Assembly: GCF_018977255.1 (NCBI RefSeq)
Contig: NW_024704743.1
Span: 11,968,001 to 12,032,000, forward strand
Reading direction: 5' to 3'
Length of the DNA stretch: 64,000 nt
Source: Callorhinchus milii
Taxonomy: Eukaryota
Positions within the stretch are counted from its first letter, which is position 1; every line of letters begins with the position of its first letter. A program made the translations under genes and the position numbers. This document shows positions 1-14,097 of the stretch, piece after piece. Under the pieces are notes generated by a model that saw only the letters and a program-made list of their open reading frames with translations, did no database searches and was not told where the DNA came from.

Positions 1-3000
1 AAGTGTGCGTTAGTCTCTAAAATATATTCAACATGTCTATTTATTTCAAAAGATTCAAAAAATGCTTTCAAAAATTAAAAAGTAAAAAAAATTAACAAAT
101 TTAGAAAAATGCACAAGCTTAGAAAATTACTTAACTGGCACTTGCGTAATAGTGGAACAAATAGTCTGCCCCATTTTACAATTTTTTTGTGTTGACAATT
201 ATCCTGTTGCGAAATTGCTCTCTTCTGTTCCATTGAAATGTGCTGCAAAAAATTCCAGGCTATGTGGCACATACGCTTGCCAGATGCACCGTTGGGAGGT
301 GCTTAGTGATTTGGCAAAACTAACCAGTACCTCCTCGTATCTCTGTTATTTCAGGGGCGAAATGAACTGTCTTGGTACAGCTCAGTTTGGGTGTATTATG
401 TGCAAGGGGCTGTTTGTGGGGGGAGGGCAGATTAGGGAGAAAGTTTTAAGATAACTTGGTGCATTGGGGAAATGGCTCCATGGTTTCTCTGCAAAATAAT
501 AGTAATCCTTGCATTTGGTATAGTGCCTTATCATGTCTTCGAGATGTCTCAAAGCGCTTCACAGAATATACTGTAAAGTGAATTGATTGGGTATTTTATG
601 GGCAAAATGCACTCATCCATTATTCGAAAAGAGAAGGGAGTTTCTCCGGTGTCATGGCCAATAATCCCCCAGATATAGTAGGTCATTCGGTTTATGGCTG
701 TTTGTGGGACATTGATGCGCAAATTGCGCTACCAACAAAACACAGTAAATCCTACAAAGTGCTTTGAGACATCCTCCCAATGTGAAAGGCGCTGTACCAA
801 ACACAGTCATGGATTGAGTGACCAAATTATTATATTTTTAAAATTTTATTTTTGAAAGGATTATTATCCATAATCGACTAACAACTGGGTTCTTAATTAC
901 TGCTAGGTAAACAGAGGCGTGTGGAGTAAGGGAACTAATGTTTTTTCCTGTCCGGGAATCGAAACCTGGTCCTCTCGCATGTGAACCGAGGGCTCTCAGC
1001 AATATGCTGCAGGACTCTACAGACTCCAAATTGCTATTTTCTGTGAAGCTATGGAATTCCCGATGGGATCACCTACGATTTATAAATACCAAAACCTTCT
1101 GGCTTTGATTTTCCACCAAGATCTGTAAAATTTGGACTGACCATTCCGTCAAGCGTACAGTGCTTCTGATTCCGGTTTAGGTCAAGACACCCATAACATT
1201 GCAGACTTAATTATCGGATTCATTTAATTAATGTGATTTTTGGACCTAGAGTGTAAACTTTGCAATTCTCAAATACTATAATAATAATCCTTGCATTTGA
1301 TACAGTGCCTCATCTTGTCAATGAGCTGTCTCAAAGCGCTTCACAGAATATATTGTAAAGTGTATTTTGTGGGTGAAATGCAACAGCTATTTACGCACAG
1401 CAGTGTCCCATAAACAGTCATAAATTGAATGACCACATTTTTTTTAGGAATTATTAACCCTGGATTGTGATCTGCCAAGTGCAGTCAAAAAGAAAGGTCT
1501 TAAGGTGGGTTTTAAATGTGAGGAACAAAGGGCTCTTCCAACCCCTGCTTTTCCCTCTGCCACTCTCCCTATGTCACACGTACAATATTTCTGCCTTTGC
1601 ATGTCTTTTTTTAGTACTGTAGAGAAATGAAATGGTTAACGTTGTCTTTTTTTTGATTGTTCAGAATGGTTCCTTGCTCTCTGGGTTCTAAATGATACTA
1701 ATCCTTGTATTCAATATAGTAGTGCCTTTCACATCAGGAGAATGTCTCCAAGTAGAATGATAGCCATGAAGTGAATGGCTAATTTTAACCGACGACATCT
1801 AATTCTCCCCGGGGGGTGGGTGGTGGTTGCCTAGGATGCTGGGAGAAGCTCCCTTTCCTACCTTTAACTCTTAATTTGAACTGAGTACTGTGCAGGCTAG
1901 TTATAAGGTGATGGTAGGGAGTCCGTAAAATCTCAGCTTGCCTTGTAATGAGGCCACAACAGCTGGTTTCACTGTGCGTGTGCTCAGCTCACTTCCTGTG
2001 AGCAACAGACTCTGTTTGGTTCTGGACTGACATCCAGGATCTGATAGGCATATGGGGAGTCCTGTAGTAAAATGGTTAGCGCACTCGCTTCGCAAGGGAG
2101 AGGGTCTGGGTTTGATTCCCAGGCAGGCAAAACCTTACGCAAATAATAAATTGGTCACTCAATCCACAACTGTTTGTGGAACACTGCTGTGCCAGGTTTC
2201 GCTCTAAAAATACACAGTCAATTCACTTTACAGTATATATTCTGTGAAGCGTTTTGAGACACCTCAATGACATGATAAGGCGCTATATCAAATGCAAGGA
2301 TTATTATTATTATTATTATTCCTGCACGGTGACCGGCTCATTTTAAAAAAAGCTGACTTCCAGGTCATCAAATCAATGTTGATGTCACATGTGTACCAAA
2401 GATTTGAAGCTTATTTTTGTTGTTTTGTGAAGCTGTTGCTTGATGCAGAGCCTGTTAACAGTGTGGAAGAGGGGGAAAGCTCATTTTGTACTTTAACCTT
2501 TAACCAGAGAATGGTTTGAAGACTGGTTTCTGCATTTTTTGACTCAGGCTGACTGTGTCTTTTTTATTTGGTCTGACAAATTTTCACCGTGTTTAACAGT
2601 GTCCAAACCAGACCAAGAGTTCCATATATGTGTGTCAGCTATGCATGGAAATTTGCCTGTGTCTGTAATGGAATGCACACTCCATCCCTGTGGGGAAAAC
2701 ATCCTGCTTGCCTAAATCTGTCATGCTATACAAAGACCTGGTATAAGGCCACACCAATGTATCAGCTTACCTTAGTTGGTCGTACTTTTGCCTCTCGGTC
2801 ATTGAATTGTGGGTTTCAGCTCCTAGTGGGATGTGAGCTCTATGGCGGGGCAGAAGGGTAGTAATGCAACAGTCATCCAGATAAATTGGCCGTTTGCCCC
2901 ATGGTTGTTTGTGGAGCGTTACTTTTGCAAAGTGGCAACATTATAGAATCTGCACTCGAGGGGAATTGTTGTAAAGTGCTTTGAAATGCATTGACATGAT

Positions 3001-4292
3001 TGTGTGTGTCAACCTGGCTCAATTGGTAGATAATCTTACCTCTGAGTCGAAAAGTTGTGGGTACAAGTCCCATGACTGGATATTTAAATATTCGCATAGT
3101 CTAGGCTGACTCTTGCGTTGTTGGAGGTGCTATCCTTCAGAGATGTTCAGGTGAACCGTGATCCCATCGACATTCCCCCAGATAAAATTGATGTGATAAG
3201 GCATTATATCAAATGCAAGGATTATTATTATTATGGCTGTTTGTGGAACATTACTGTGTGTAAAACAGCTGCCGTGTCGGCCGACAAAATACACAGTCAC
3301 TATACTTAAAATCCTATAAGGAGCTTGGAGATACTTTGACTGTGTGATAAGGTGGTTTGTCAAACTGATGTAATGAGCGCTCTGAGATGCTACTCTGTGA
3401 GAAGGACGCCATTATAAATGCAAGCTGTCGTTGTTGTGCAAGGCAAGGCTAATGATTATAGAATACAGAATTGGGTAGCTGGATGAGATGCCAACGCCCA
3501 TTTAATAGCTATAAACTGGATGCGTTTTTCATGGATTAATTCATCGTATTTGAAGACTTGCTCGAGCTTCGTGTTTGACCTGAGCGCTTTTGACAATTGA
3601 GCTGGGTAATCGATCCTGCCACATATGACAGAAAATAAATGAAGATCTTATTTCAGGTTACAGGTGCTAAGCTAGGGGAAAAAAGCACACTGGCCTTTGT
3701 ACATTCTGGAGACGTGCATTGCATTGCTTTTGACTGTGCTGCTGGGTGCTTTTTGTACTGTAAGCTCCAGCTTTTGCTAAATATTTTCTTCCAGGAATTC
3801 TGTGCTTCCTTCAATTTTCTACGCTTCCTTAGATTGACAGCAGCTTGCACTAACATAGGGCCAGTACCGAAGCGTGGCAGAGACGGCTGGGACAGCGGTG
3901 TCAGAAGAAAACGTGATGTGGTAATGGGAGGACGGGGGGTTTGCTGGAAGGATGCTGGAAAGCGCTATCTTGCTGAAGGGTACTGTATACAAATGCAAGT
4001 TGTTGATGGGAACAAATGGGCAAAAGAGCAGACTTCAACCAAAAGGCTCTTATTTTTTATAATAATTCATATTTATTGTGTTAATATTATTCCTATAATG
4101 TCGAACATCTTAAAGCAATTCACAAACTTCGTATGAAGTTCAGTGACTACCTTGTGTAGGCAAACCAGGGGCCAATTTGGGCACAGCCATGAACCCATAG
4201 CAAAAGCCATGAAGTGAATGACCAATTTCAACTGAGGGGATTGTTGACCAGGAAACCGGTAGAAACTCCCTTTCCAAATGGTGCTTTTTTTT

Positions 4293-4700
4293 GGTCAACT
4301 GGGTGTCTGACACATGCCGAAACCCATCACCTTAAGAGTATCCAAACCAAGCTGAGGTTTCCATGAATTCCCACCTACACGTGGAAATCCCAGAGATAGA
4401 TTGTTGGAATGGAATGTGCACTTTCTCTTTGGAGGGAAGCATTTGTTTACCTAATTCCAGAAAGTATTAGGCGCAGGTTGGCAAGAGTCCAGGCTTGAGG
4501 ATCCCAGAGTGTGCGCTGGGGTACTGCTGGAGTCTAACCAGCTAAAACCTTATTGCTTGCCATTGATATTGCTGTCCAGCAAGATTTCCCACTGTTTGTC
4601 CAGCCAGGACCAACCTACCCGTTAGGGCTTTGGCTTGCAGGGTTAACAGGAGCTGAGTGGGATGACTCCCTGCCCCCAAGGACTGGTCTGCCCTTCCAGG
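4293..4700. repeat. Unclassified interspersed repeat (longest copy)
   Basis: Shares cttaagagtatccaaaccaagctgag...tggaatggaatg...aattccagaaagtatt with 29416-29616, 19346-19410 and 61081-61140. Its distal part matches 17490-17545 plus 18299-18340. Confidence 0.75.
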
Positions 4701-5471
4701 GGCTACCGATGCCCTGGAATACTGCGGACCCACCAGGCTCAGGAACAGGACTACCAAGACCGTCACAGAGGGCTGGCTGGAATCTGACATTCCATTATCA
4801 GAAAGACAAAACCTCTGACAATGCAGCTTCAACCATCTGTGTAAAGTTTTTTTGAGACTTCCTCTTGACATGAAAAGTGCTGTATAAATGTATTGTAGAG
4901 TCCTGGATTGATGCAACCCCTCTGAGATGAATATCAGTCTTTGGGACAATTTGTTGTTTAAAAACAAGGATTGTCACAATGTTATAAATGTTAAGTAGGC
5001 ATGAGTTCATGGAGTAGAAGCTCTATGTGTCTTCCATTTGTTTAATGAATAATCCTTGACCACACTTTCGGTCATCTTTCTCCTTTATTCCCTTGTCCCC
5101 CACCTCAGGTGCAAAGCCAGGGTATTGTTAAGTGCCCTGGATGCCTCCCGATATGAATGGAGCTGTACAAATGTAAATAATAACCCTTGCATTTGGCATA
5201 TGTCATTGAGACGTCTCAAAGCGCTTCATAGAATATACTGTAATGTGGATTGAAACGCTAATCGACTAACAACTGGATTCCTACTTACTGCTAGGTAAAC
5301 AGAGGGGTGTGGAGTAAGGAAACTTGCCTAAGGTTTTGCCGTGCCTGGGAATCGAACGCGGGTCCTCTTGCTTGCGAGACAAGTGCTCTAACCACTATGC
5401 TGCAGGTCTCCCTACAGTAAATGTGTGTTGTATTGTAACTGGTGCCTTTTCCTTTCCTGTGTTATCGGCAG

Positions 5472-5560
5472 ATCTCGGAGTAGGGGGAAGACAGCTGTTG
5501 AAGATGAGGACAGCCTGGACGGGCTGGAGGCAGCAGAGATGGAAAACGCAATGGAAACGG
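5472..5560 (+). CDS. KMT2C: KMT2C/MLL3 coding exon (exon 2 equivalent), peptide SRSRGKTAVEDEDSLDGLEAAEMENAMET
   Basis: Acceptor cggcag|A and donor G|gtaaga; 89 nt, phase 2 to phase 1. The peptide matches the recalled KMT2C N-terminal segment PRSRGKTAVEDEDSMDGLE. Confidence 0.93.
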
Positions 5561-5890
5561 GTAAGAATCTCGCCGTTTGTTGCCTCGTAGTCTTTCGATG
5601 TCTGTAAAGAAGGAGTCACTTGCAAACGATCACATTTCAGAAGACAAATGAGTAGTGACATCTAGTGGGAGCAGATGGGTCTCGATGCAATAGATCACGA
5701 GAGAGGGGGTGCACGCGAAGAAAGTCTTTCAGGCTCATTGGATCTCATTCTATCAGAATATCTGCCTTGCTATCTTCCCATTTACAGCATCAAGTTTCTT
5801 AAATGAGTCCTTCACCCTGACCTCCTCCATTCTTTACGTGACTTGGTTCCAACTTACAATAATAATAATTAAAATAGTAATAATTCTTAC

Positions 5891-6700
5891 TGAAGTTTAA
5901 TGTGGAGAAATTCGAAGTGATGCATTTTGGGTGGAAGAATGAGGAGAGACAATATCAGCTGATGGTACAATTGTAAAGGGGGTGAAGGAAGAGAGAGACC
6001 TGAGGGTTCATATAAGTAAATCTTTGAAGTTGGCAGGACAGGTAGATAAAGCTGTTAAAAAAGTATATGGGATACTAAGCTTTATAAATAGGGGCATAGA
6101 ATACAAAAGTCAGGAAGTTATGATGAACCTTTATCAAACACTGGTTAGGCCTCAGCGAGAGACTGGGTTCAGTTCTGGGCACCACACTTTAGGAAGGATG
6201 TCAAGGCATTGGAGAGGCTGCAAAGGAGATTTACCAGGATGGTACCAGGGATGAGGGACTTCAGTTATCAGGAGAGGATAGAGAAGCTAAGATTATTCTC
6301 CTTGGAGCAGAGAAGGTTAAGAGGAGACTTAATAGAAGTTTTCAAAATTATGAGGGGATTCGATAGGGTGAACAAGGAGGAACTATTTCCCTGGTGGGTG
6401 GGTGTCAGTCGCCCGAGGACACCGATTTAAAGTAGTTATTAAAAGAAACCGACGGGAGGTGACGAGAAAAATTGTAGTGAGTTGTTCAGATCTGGTACGC
6501 ATTGCCTAAACGGGTGGTGGAAGCCAATTCGATAACAACTTTTAAGAGAGAAGTAGATAATTATTTGGGGAAGATAAGTTTGCAGGGCTATGGGGAGAGA
6601 GCAGGGGAGTGGGATTGATTTGGATAGCCATTTTCAAAGACCCGGCACAGACATGATGGGCCGAATGGCCTCCTTCTCTGCTGTTTGGTTCTATGATTCT
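5891..6700 (+). mobile_element. CR1-clade LINE 3' fragment
   Basis: ORFs with ERDLRVH...LSFINRGIEYKS and LQRRFTRMVPGM...LFSLEQRRLRGDLIEVFKI; 3' UTR gggccgaatggcctccttct...ttctatgattct. Confidence 0.93.
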
Positions 6701-6924
6701 TGCATTTGATACAGCTCTTAATCATGTTGTCTAGATGTCACAAAGCACTTCACGGGATATATTGTAAATTATAGGATTTTATTTTGTAGCCAAATCCGGC
6801 AGCCAATTTGCATACAGCAATGTTTGCTGTGGCATGAGTGGGTTGTAGGCAGGAGACAAGGTGAAACTTGGTTTAACGTCTCATCTGAAGGATATGCAGC
6901 CCTTGTGCCTGTACTAGGCTACAG

Positions 6925-7435
6925 ATAATCCAGAACTCTGCAACCCATGTCCTCTCCCGCACCAAACTCCGTGTCCCCATCTTCCCCATTCTTGCCCAAC
7001 TCCATTGGTTCCCTATCCTTCAGAGGATCCAGTTCAAGATCCTGGTCCTCACCTACAAAGCCCTCAATGGTCTCGCCCCACTCTATCTCTGTGACCTCCT
7101 AACCCCCTACCAACCCGTCCGTTCCCTCTGCTCAGCCGGCTCCGGCCTGCTCCACGTCCCCCGACCCACCCGCCCCACCATTGGTGGGAGAGCCTTCAGG
7201 CACTCTGCCCCCAACCTCTGGAATTCCATCCCCAATCACTCCGCCTCACCCCCTCCTTAGCCTCCTTCAAGTCCCGCCTCAAAACCCTCCTCTTTGACCA
7301 TCGGTCACCCCCCTTCCCCTCCCCTCCCTTCCCCCCCCTGACCCCAGCTCGGGTCTGAAATGCTGTACACTGTCCAGTGCCTTGGGACATCCTCCCGACA
7401 TGAAAGGCGCTATACAAATATAATCTTGTTGTTGT
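6925..7435 (+). mobile_element. L2 3' fragment
   Basis: LHWFP...IQFKILVLTYKAL coding remnant followed by the shared tail and (TTG)n. Confidence 0.88.
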
Positions 7436-8177
7436 AATATGCAAGCAGCTGAGCAGGATAGAGAAATTACACCCTGAATAATACTTCCAGATATGTCAAG
7501 ACAACAGGACAAGACTGTGAAGGGGAACAATGATTCAAGATTCGAGAGTTATCCTTCACATAGGATGACATATAGAGGGGTTGGGGGAGGGGAAAGCAAG
7601 AGAAGTAATGGCTTCCGTGTGCTTTATTGGAACCTGTGTCCAGAGCTGGCACTAAAACAGGACCTCTCTTGTTCCCAAGTTGGGAAGATGAACTGGGAGC
7701 CTGTCTAAATGTAGAATACACGCCAGCACAACTCTCTGCCAAATGTGTTAAAAATGCCTGTCGTTCCTCTACTGGGAAGAGCTGTGGGTGGAGCTGTCCT
7801 CTGTGTGCGACGGACTTTCTGTGCATTGAACAACCTCAGTCAATGTGAGTGCATTTGTGCAATTAGAGAGATCAAGGTTGCCATGATTTTGGGAGCTGTT
7901 TTCTAAGAATAATCCTTGCATTTGTTACCCTGCCTTTCAAGTCGCGAGGACATCCCAGAGTGCTTCACAGGATATACAGTAATGTGCACTGACTGTGTGT
8001 TTTGTGGGCAAATAAATTAAATCAGTGAGAGAGATTTAATAAGTTCAGGCTCTTTATGCTGCAACACAGAAAGTTAAAATTAGACCCCGCTGCATGTTTT
8101 CAAACTGGTTGAACAGTCTTTGATAAAGTTGACTAGAGAAGCACTGTTGTTACTGATCACCAAAAACAAGAGGAACT

Positions 8178-8262
8178 AAATTTAGGATAATAATGATAAT
8201 AATAATAATCCTTGCATTTGATATGCAAGGATTATTATTATTATCATTATTATCCTAAATTT
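8178..8262. repeat. Perfect inverted repeat, 40-bp arms with a 5-nt loop
   Basis: 8178-8217 is the exact reverse complement of 8223-8262. Confidence 0.95.
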
Positions 8263-11200
8263 GCAACAACGTGATAACGTTGTTGAGACATCTCAAAGTG
8301 CTTCTCAGAATATATTGTAAAGTGAATTCATTGTATATTTTGTGGGCAATAATTATAATCTAGCGCCTTTCAGGTGGGGAGGACAACCTAAAGCGCTCCA
8401 TAGGATGTACCGTAAAGTGTAGCGGTTGTGGATATTGTAGGCGAATGTGGCAGCCAAGTCGCCCACAGCAATGTCCCACAAACAGGCATGAAGTGAAAGA
8501 CTGATATTTATCTGGAGAAATATTGACTAGGACACCTGGAGAAACTCCCTTTCCTTTTTCGAATAGTGCCATGGGATCTTTAGCTGAATTGCAAAGAAGA
8601 CGGCACCTGAATTGATGACTCTGTTGAAAAATGGATGGTGACTGGAAATAAATAATGTCATATGAGCAAATATTTTGGGTTGATGAATATTTTGGGAAAG
8701 GGTGGGACAGGGTGAATTTGGATTTGGAGGAAATATTGGCCAGAATGTATCTGTTTCATTTTACAAAGGGGTTAAAAGGAAATTTCAAAAATTGAGTATA
8801 AACAGCAGACCTAAAGTTTGGGAGCCAGTCTTGGCTTGGTGCCTGAGAGCTCTAAAGATGGGATTTATCCCAAAGTGCATTCAGCAGAGGAAATCCAAGT
8901 CTTTGTCAGGAGGATTTGAATCAACAACAACTTGCATTTATATCATGCTCTTCATGCAGGGTAGTGTCTTGGAGCTGGTAAAGTGAACAAAACCAGCAGA
9001 GTCCTGCAGAATGCCTTTCCAACTCATACCAGCCAGTGGTGTGATTGTGATATCTTGTCACTTAATGAATAATATAACCTGTATTTTGCCCACAAGACAT
9101 ACAGTCAATTCACTTTACAGAATATTCTGTGAAGCTCTTTGAGACGTCTCAAAGGCTTGATAAGGTGCTATATCAAATGCAAGGATTATTATTATTTGAC
9201 CCAGCGCCATAGGAGATGTTCAACCGAGGTCCCGTCTGCCTGATCAGGTGGATGTCAAAGATCCACTGTTCGAAAAGAGAAGGGATTTTCTCCTAATGTC
9301 CTGATGATAATCTGCCCACCACCAACAGATGGAAAATTGGTCATTCACTTCATGGCTGCTTGTGGGACAATGCTGTGTTTAAATTAGCGAATTTGGCCAT
9401 GTTTGCCTATTAAAAATGCAAGCTGCACTCGTTAAGCGGCTTGAGCTTCCCAACATGAAGGGCGTTATATCAAATGCAAAGATTATTTTTATCATCACAT
9501 CAAAATGTTTCAAAGGGCTTCACATTGTGACTGCGTATTTTGTAGGCCAAAGCAAGGCAGAACCAATATGCATCCAGTGATGTCCCGCAGCAGCCCTCGT
9601 GAGGTGAATGACCAAACTCCCAGTTACATCCCACTTCTCTACATGTTGAGGAACTCATTATGTTCTGCCATCTGAAGCGTTTCAATGTAATATAACATCA
9701 CAATCAATTCAAGCACTATTATTTGTTACATCCACCAAACGCGTAGCTAGGAGTTTGGTAGTCATTCACCTCATAATGACTGCTCATGGGACATTGTTGT
9801 GCACAAATAGGCTCTACCCACCTGGCTGCTCCCTTCGCTCAGTGAGCACCATGTCCCCCACACTCTATCAGGCAGGCTTGTAGCCTTTTTTGCCCCCACT
9901 TTCTGTAACTCCAACCCAGAGTTCCTTCGATCACTCCTTCCCTCACCTCGATTAAGGTTGGTCTTGAGACCTACCATTTTGCCCGCGCCTTCAGTCACCT
10001 TCCCAACTGCTCAGGCCCATCCCCAGCTCGTTCTGTCAAATGGATATCCTCCCGACTTGAAAGGCTCTGTGTGTATAATTCTAAATTTGTTGTGTTGTAT
10101 TATGCTTCTCAGTGCCGATTTGGTTTGAAACTATTTTGTACTGCATGATTTATACTCCATTAAAGTCTTTTTTTAAGTCTATAAGTCACATCAAACAATA
10201 TATTTTGTGGGCAAAACACGGCAGCCAATTGCACTCAGCAGTGTCCTACAAACAGTTGTCGATTGAGTGACCAAATTATTATTATTTATTTTTTAAAGGA
10301 ATTATTACCCCCGGAAAAGCGATCCGCCAGTCGACTAATCACCGGGTTCCCACTCACTACTAGGATCAGAGGCGTGTGGAGTAAGGAAACTTGCTCAATG
10401 TTTTGCCCTGCCAGTAATGGAACCCAGGTCTTCTCGCTTGCAAGGCAAACGCTCTAACCACTGAGCTACAGGAATCCACAAACAAAACCCCATAAAGTGA
10501 ATGACCAGTTTTATCAGTGGGGGGGTGTTTTCGAAAACAATTTTTTTATTATTTTGAGTTCAAGAAGGGTGATTTTGTTTAAGTTAATAGCACCAAACTC
10601 CGTACCCCATCATCCCAGGTCTTGCGAGGCTCCACTGACCCCTTATTGCAGAGGATTGATTTAATCTAATTGAATCCACGACTGTTTGTGGGACGCTGCA
10701 GTGCACAATTTCTACCACGTTTTGCCCACAAAATATAGTCACTTCAGTTTACTGTATATTCTGTGAAGCGCTTTGAGACGTCTCGAAGATGTGATAAAGC
10801 TCTATATCAAATGCAAGGATTATTATTATTTACAAGATCCTTGCTAACAAATTACTTCACACCCTCGCATCTTCCTACCTCTTCGACCTGCTTACTCCCC
10901 ACTCTACTACAAGCGCCTTCGCTCAGCTGCCTCCGGTCTCCTGCCTGTCCCTCATCCTCTCTGCTCCACCATCAGTTACTATGGCCCGAAACTCTGGAAC
11001 TCTCTGCTTCAATCTCTCACACTTGATGACCTTCCTCTTCAGCCATGCCTGTGGTCACCTCCCCTCTCACTTTGGCTCTGTGTCCGGTTCTACCACTGTT
11101 AAACTATCCCGCGTGAAGGGCGCTGTACAAATGCAAGTTGTTTAGGATTTAAAAAATGATGGTTCTTTCACTAGGTTTCAAACAATACAATTCTTACTTC

Positions 11201-11559
11201 TCCAGTTTCTGAATCAAATGTTCCTGCATAAGGTCATACTGCAGTCGGTATGCTGTCCATTGTAGAGAACAATGAGTGGTAAGAACCCCATGTAAGTGCA
11301 GTGTTACGGGACATTCAGATTACCTGCTACGATGGTTTCTTTGTCCTAATATGTTGCTGCCCGGTCCTACAGTGTAGCTTTCCTCCTTTTTTCCTTGCCT
11401 CCACCCCACCACCCTTCCCTTTAACACAACACTGCCATTCACTGTGAGGATTTTTTTTGACTTTTAACTAGAGTGAAGTTAAACAACAGATAAATGATGA
11501 TTCGAAAAGCAAAAGTTACATGTTTGTACCCTGACATTTTTTTAATAGTTTGTAATAAT

Positions 11560-12015
11560 AAGCCTTACCTTTGTATAGCATTTTCACATTGTGAGGATGT
11601 CTCAAAAGCACTTCACAGGATATACTGTAAAGTGTAGTGACTGCATTTGTGGGTGAATGTTGTAACCAGTGTAGTGTAGTGACTGCATTTGTGGGTGAAT
11701 GTTGTAACCAATTTGCACACAGCAATGTCCCACAAACAATGATGAAGTGAATGAGCAATTTTATTTGGGCGATTGAAGGGTGAGAAACTCCCTTCTTTTC
11801 AAATAGTGCTGAGGGATCTTTAACGTCCATCTAATCAGGCAGATGTTAAACGTTGGTTTATCATCTCATCCTAAGGACAACATCTCTGACAATACAGTGC
11901 TCCCTCAGCAAGCATTGGAGTGTCAGCTTAGACTACATGAGTTCCAAGTCCTAACTTGCAGCTTGAACTCCCCACTTTCTGACTCAGAGGGAGAGTGCTA
12001 CAAACTCAGCCAAGC
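11560..12015 (-). mobile_element. Near full-length DeuSINE with an internal ~42-bp tandem duplication
   Basis: Deu-domain core gggatctttaacgtccatctaatcaggcag (reverse complement); head and tail both present. Confidence 0.82.
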
Positions 12016-12404
12016 TCTGAGGGGGTTGGGGAAAGAGGAGGTGGATGGTGTGTGTGCCAGCAACTGCAAATAGCTGAGTGTTGCAGAATAGATGGTGTCC
12101 AAGTAGTGGCTATTAAGATTGTTTTGCCTCGTAATTCATAGTTACTTTTCTAGTGAATGGGTTGTTTATGTCAACAAACATAGGAGTTGTTTAGCACCAT
12201 TAAATATCTCGTAAGCAGTCAGGTGAATGACCAGTTTTATTTGGAGGACATCGGGAGAAACTGCCTCGTCTTTCATAGTTTCCTAGGATATTTAACGTCC
12301 ACCTTGAACAGGATGGTACACGACCTGGTACACGACAACATTTAACTTGGCTTTCAGTGTCTCATCTGAAGGGTGTGTGCATGGACTGGATTGTCATCAT
12401 AGAT

Positions 12405-12800
12405 CCAACAGCAACAACTTGCATTTATATACTGCCCCTCATGCAGTGTAGCATCCCAGAGCGCTTGACAGTGGCAGAGCACGATACCGAGCCGGGGAGG
12501 GGGAGGTGACCGTAAGTGTGGTCGAAGAAGGTTTTCAGGTGCGACCTGAAGATGGGGAAGGAGGGGGCAAGGTGGAAGGATTGAGTGAGAGAGTTCCAAA
12601 GTTTCGGGACGTAGTCACTGAAAGCATAACCACCAATGGTGGAATGGAGGGCACGAGGGACAAGCAGGAGACTGGAGCCAGTCAAGTGGAGACAGCGGGT
12701 TGTGGATTGGGGAGTAAGCAGTTCGGAGATGTAAGGAGGTGATAGGAGGATCTTAAAATCGATCTGTTCGGTGATAGGGAGCCAGTGGGGCCTGGAGAGA
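12405..12800 (-). mobile_element. L2 3' fragment, second subfamily (tail agcgctctgggatgctacactgcatgagggg)
   Basis: ORF 12425-12886 contains HWLPITEQIDFKILL...PKLWNSL; (CAA)n tail on the plus strand. Confidence 0.85.
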
Positions 12801-14097
12801 ACTGGTCTGATGGGAGTACTGAGTTTAATGCAGTGGGTGGGGATGCCAGTGGCGAAATTTTGGTTCCATGTGGCTTGAACCCACAACCTTCTTACCTGGA
12901 GGCAGGAATCCCATCACCTGAGCCACTTTTGACCTCGATTTAAATAATATATTTTAAGCAATGTGTAAAGCGATAGTGTTAAATCCGCTGACACACGTAT
13001 GAAAACATTTCCCAAAATTGCTGCCCTAACCAACAGATAAAATTGGACATACACTTTCATGGCTGGTTGTGGGATATTGCTGTGTGCCAACTGGCTGCCG
13101 GGTTCACCTACAAAATACACTACATTTTACAGTAAAATCCTGTGAAGGCTTTGAGACATTCTCTTCCCACACATCCCCTTTCCATCGCACCAATCCCTTC
13201 CCCCACAAAAAAATGTGGTCACTCAAATCCACTCTTGTTTGCGGGAGAGTGCTATGCGCAATTGGCTGTTACATTTCTTTCACAAAATATACAGTCAATT
13301 CATTTTACAGAATATTCTGTGAAGTGTTTTGAGATGTCTCAATGAGGTGATAAGGCGCTTTATCAAATGCAAGGATTATTTTTAACGTGAAAGGCGTTGT
13401 ATCCTATTTAAAAACTAATAGTACTGTGGTTTACAGTGGGTTAACCTCAATGCAGTTGGTCTCTCTTCCGTTGCGATGTGTTTGGGGCTGTGAGCCACTG
13501 CAAAGCACAGTTTGATTAATAGATGCTGTCAGCCACTGATTGTTCCACAGCGCTCTTTGCTTCTCACCAGTTTTTCAGTGTAAAGCGTCTTAAGTAGCCA
13601 ATGGGTCACATTTCGCAAAGATTGCTTGAGACTTGGCATTGGCTCTGCTTCCTGTATTTACACTGAGGCCAGTGGTGAAGGCATGCTCCGTGGGATTTCA
13701 TTTGAAGACAGGCACAGTGTGGCCAAAAGAATCCCATTTCTACAGTTCCATTAACACAGCTGCTTTCCACCTCCCTCCTTCCCTCCCTCCCTGCATTCTG
13801 TCCTTGGGACCAGATCCAACATACACGCTGATTATTGTCAGTGGGTCCTTTGCATCTCTCTCCTCTTCCCCCCCACCCCACCTCCCCCGTAGAACACGGT
13901 GGTCCTGTCTAACCCCAGGTGGCTGGGAATACAGAGTTACTGATAGCCATAAGAAGCCATGTTTGGCAGCTATCCATTGTTCGTTCCAGGACTTCAGTTG
14001 TTCCCAAGGATTTTGTTGTGTGTCCTAATTGTTGTACCTTGCAGTAGTTAATGGCACTTACTTGGACTGTAGCTTATACAGCATGGAAACAGCCATT

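Noticed and set aside
7627..7848. Cys-rich 73-aa ORF ending at a gtgagt donor-like site
   Set aside because: It has no polypyrimidine tract, its end phase is incompatible with exon 3, and it has no resemblance to KMT2C. Exons 2 and 3 already join in frame.
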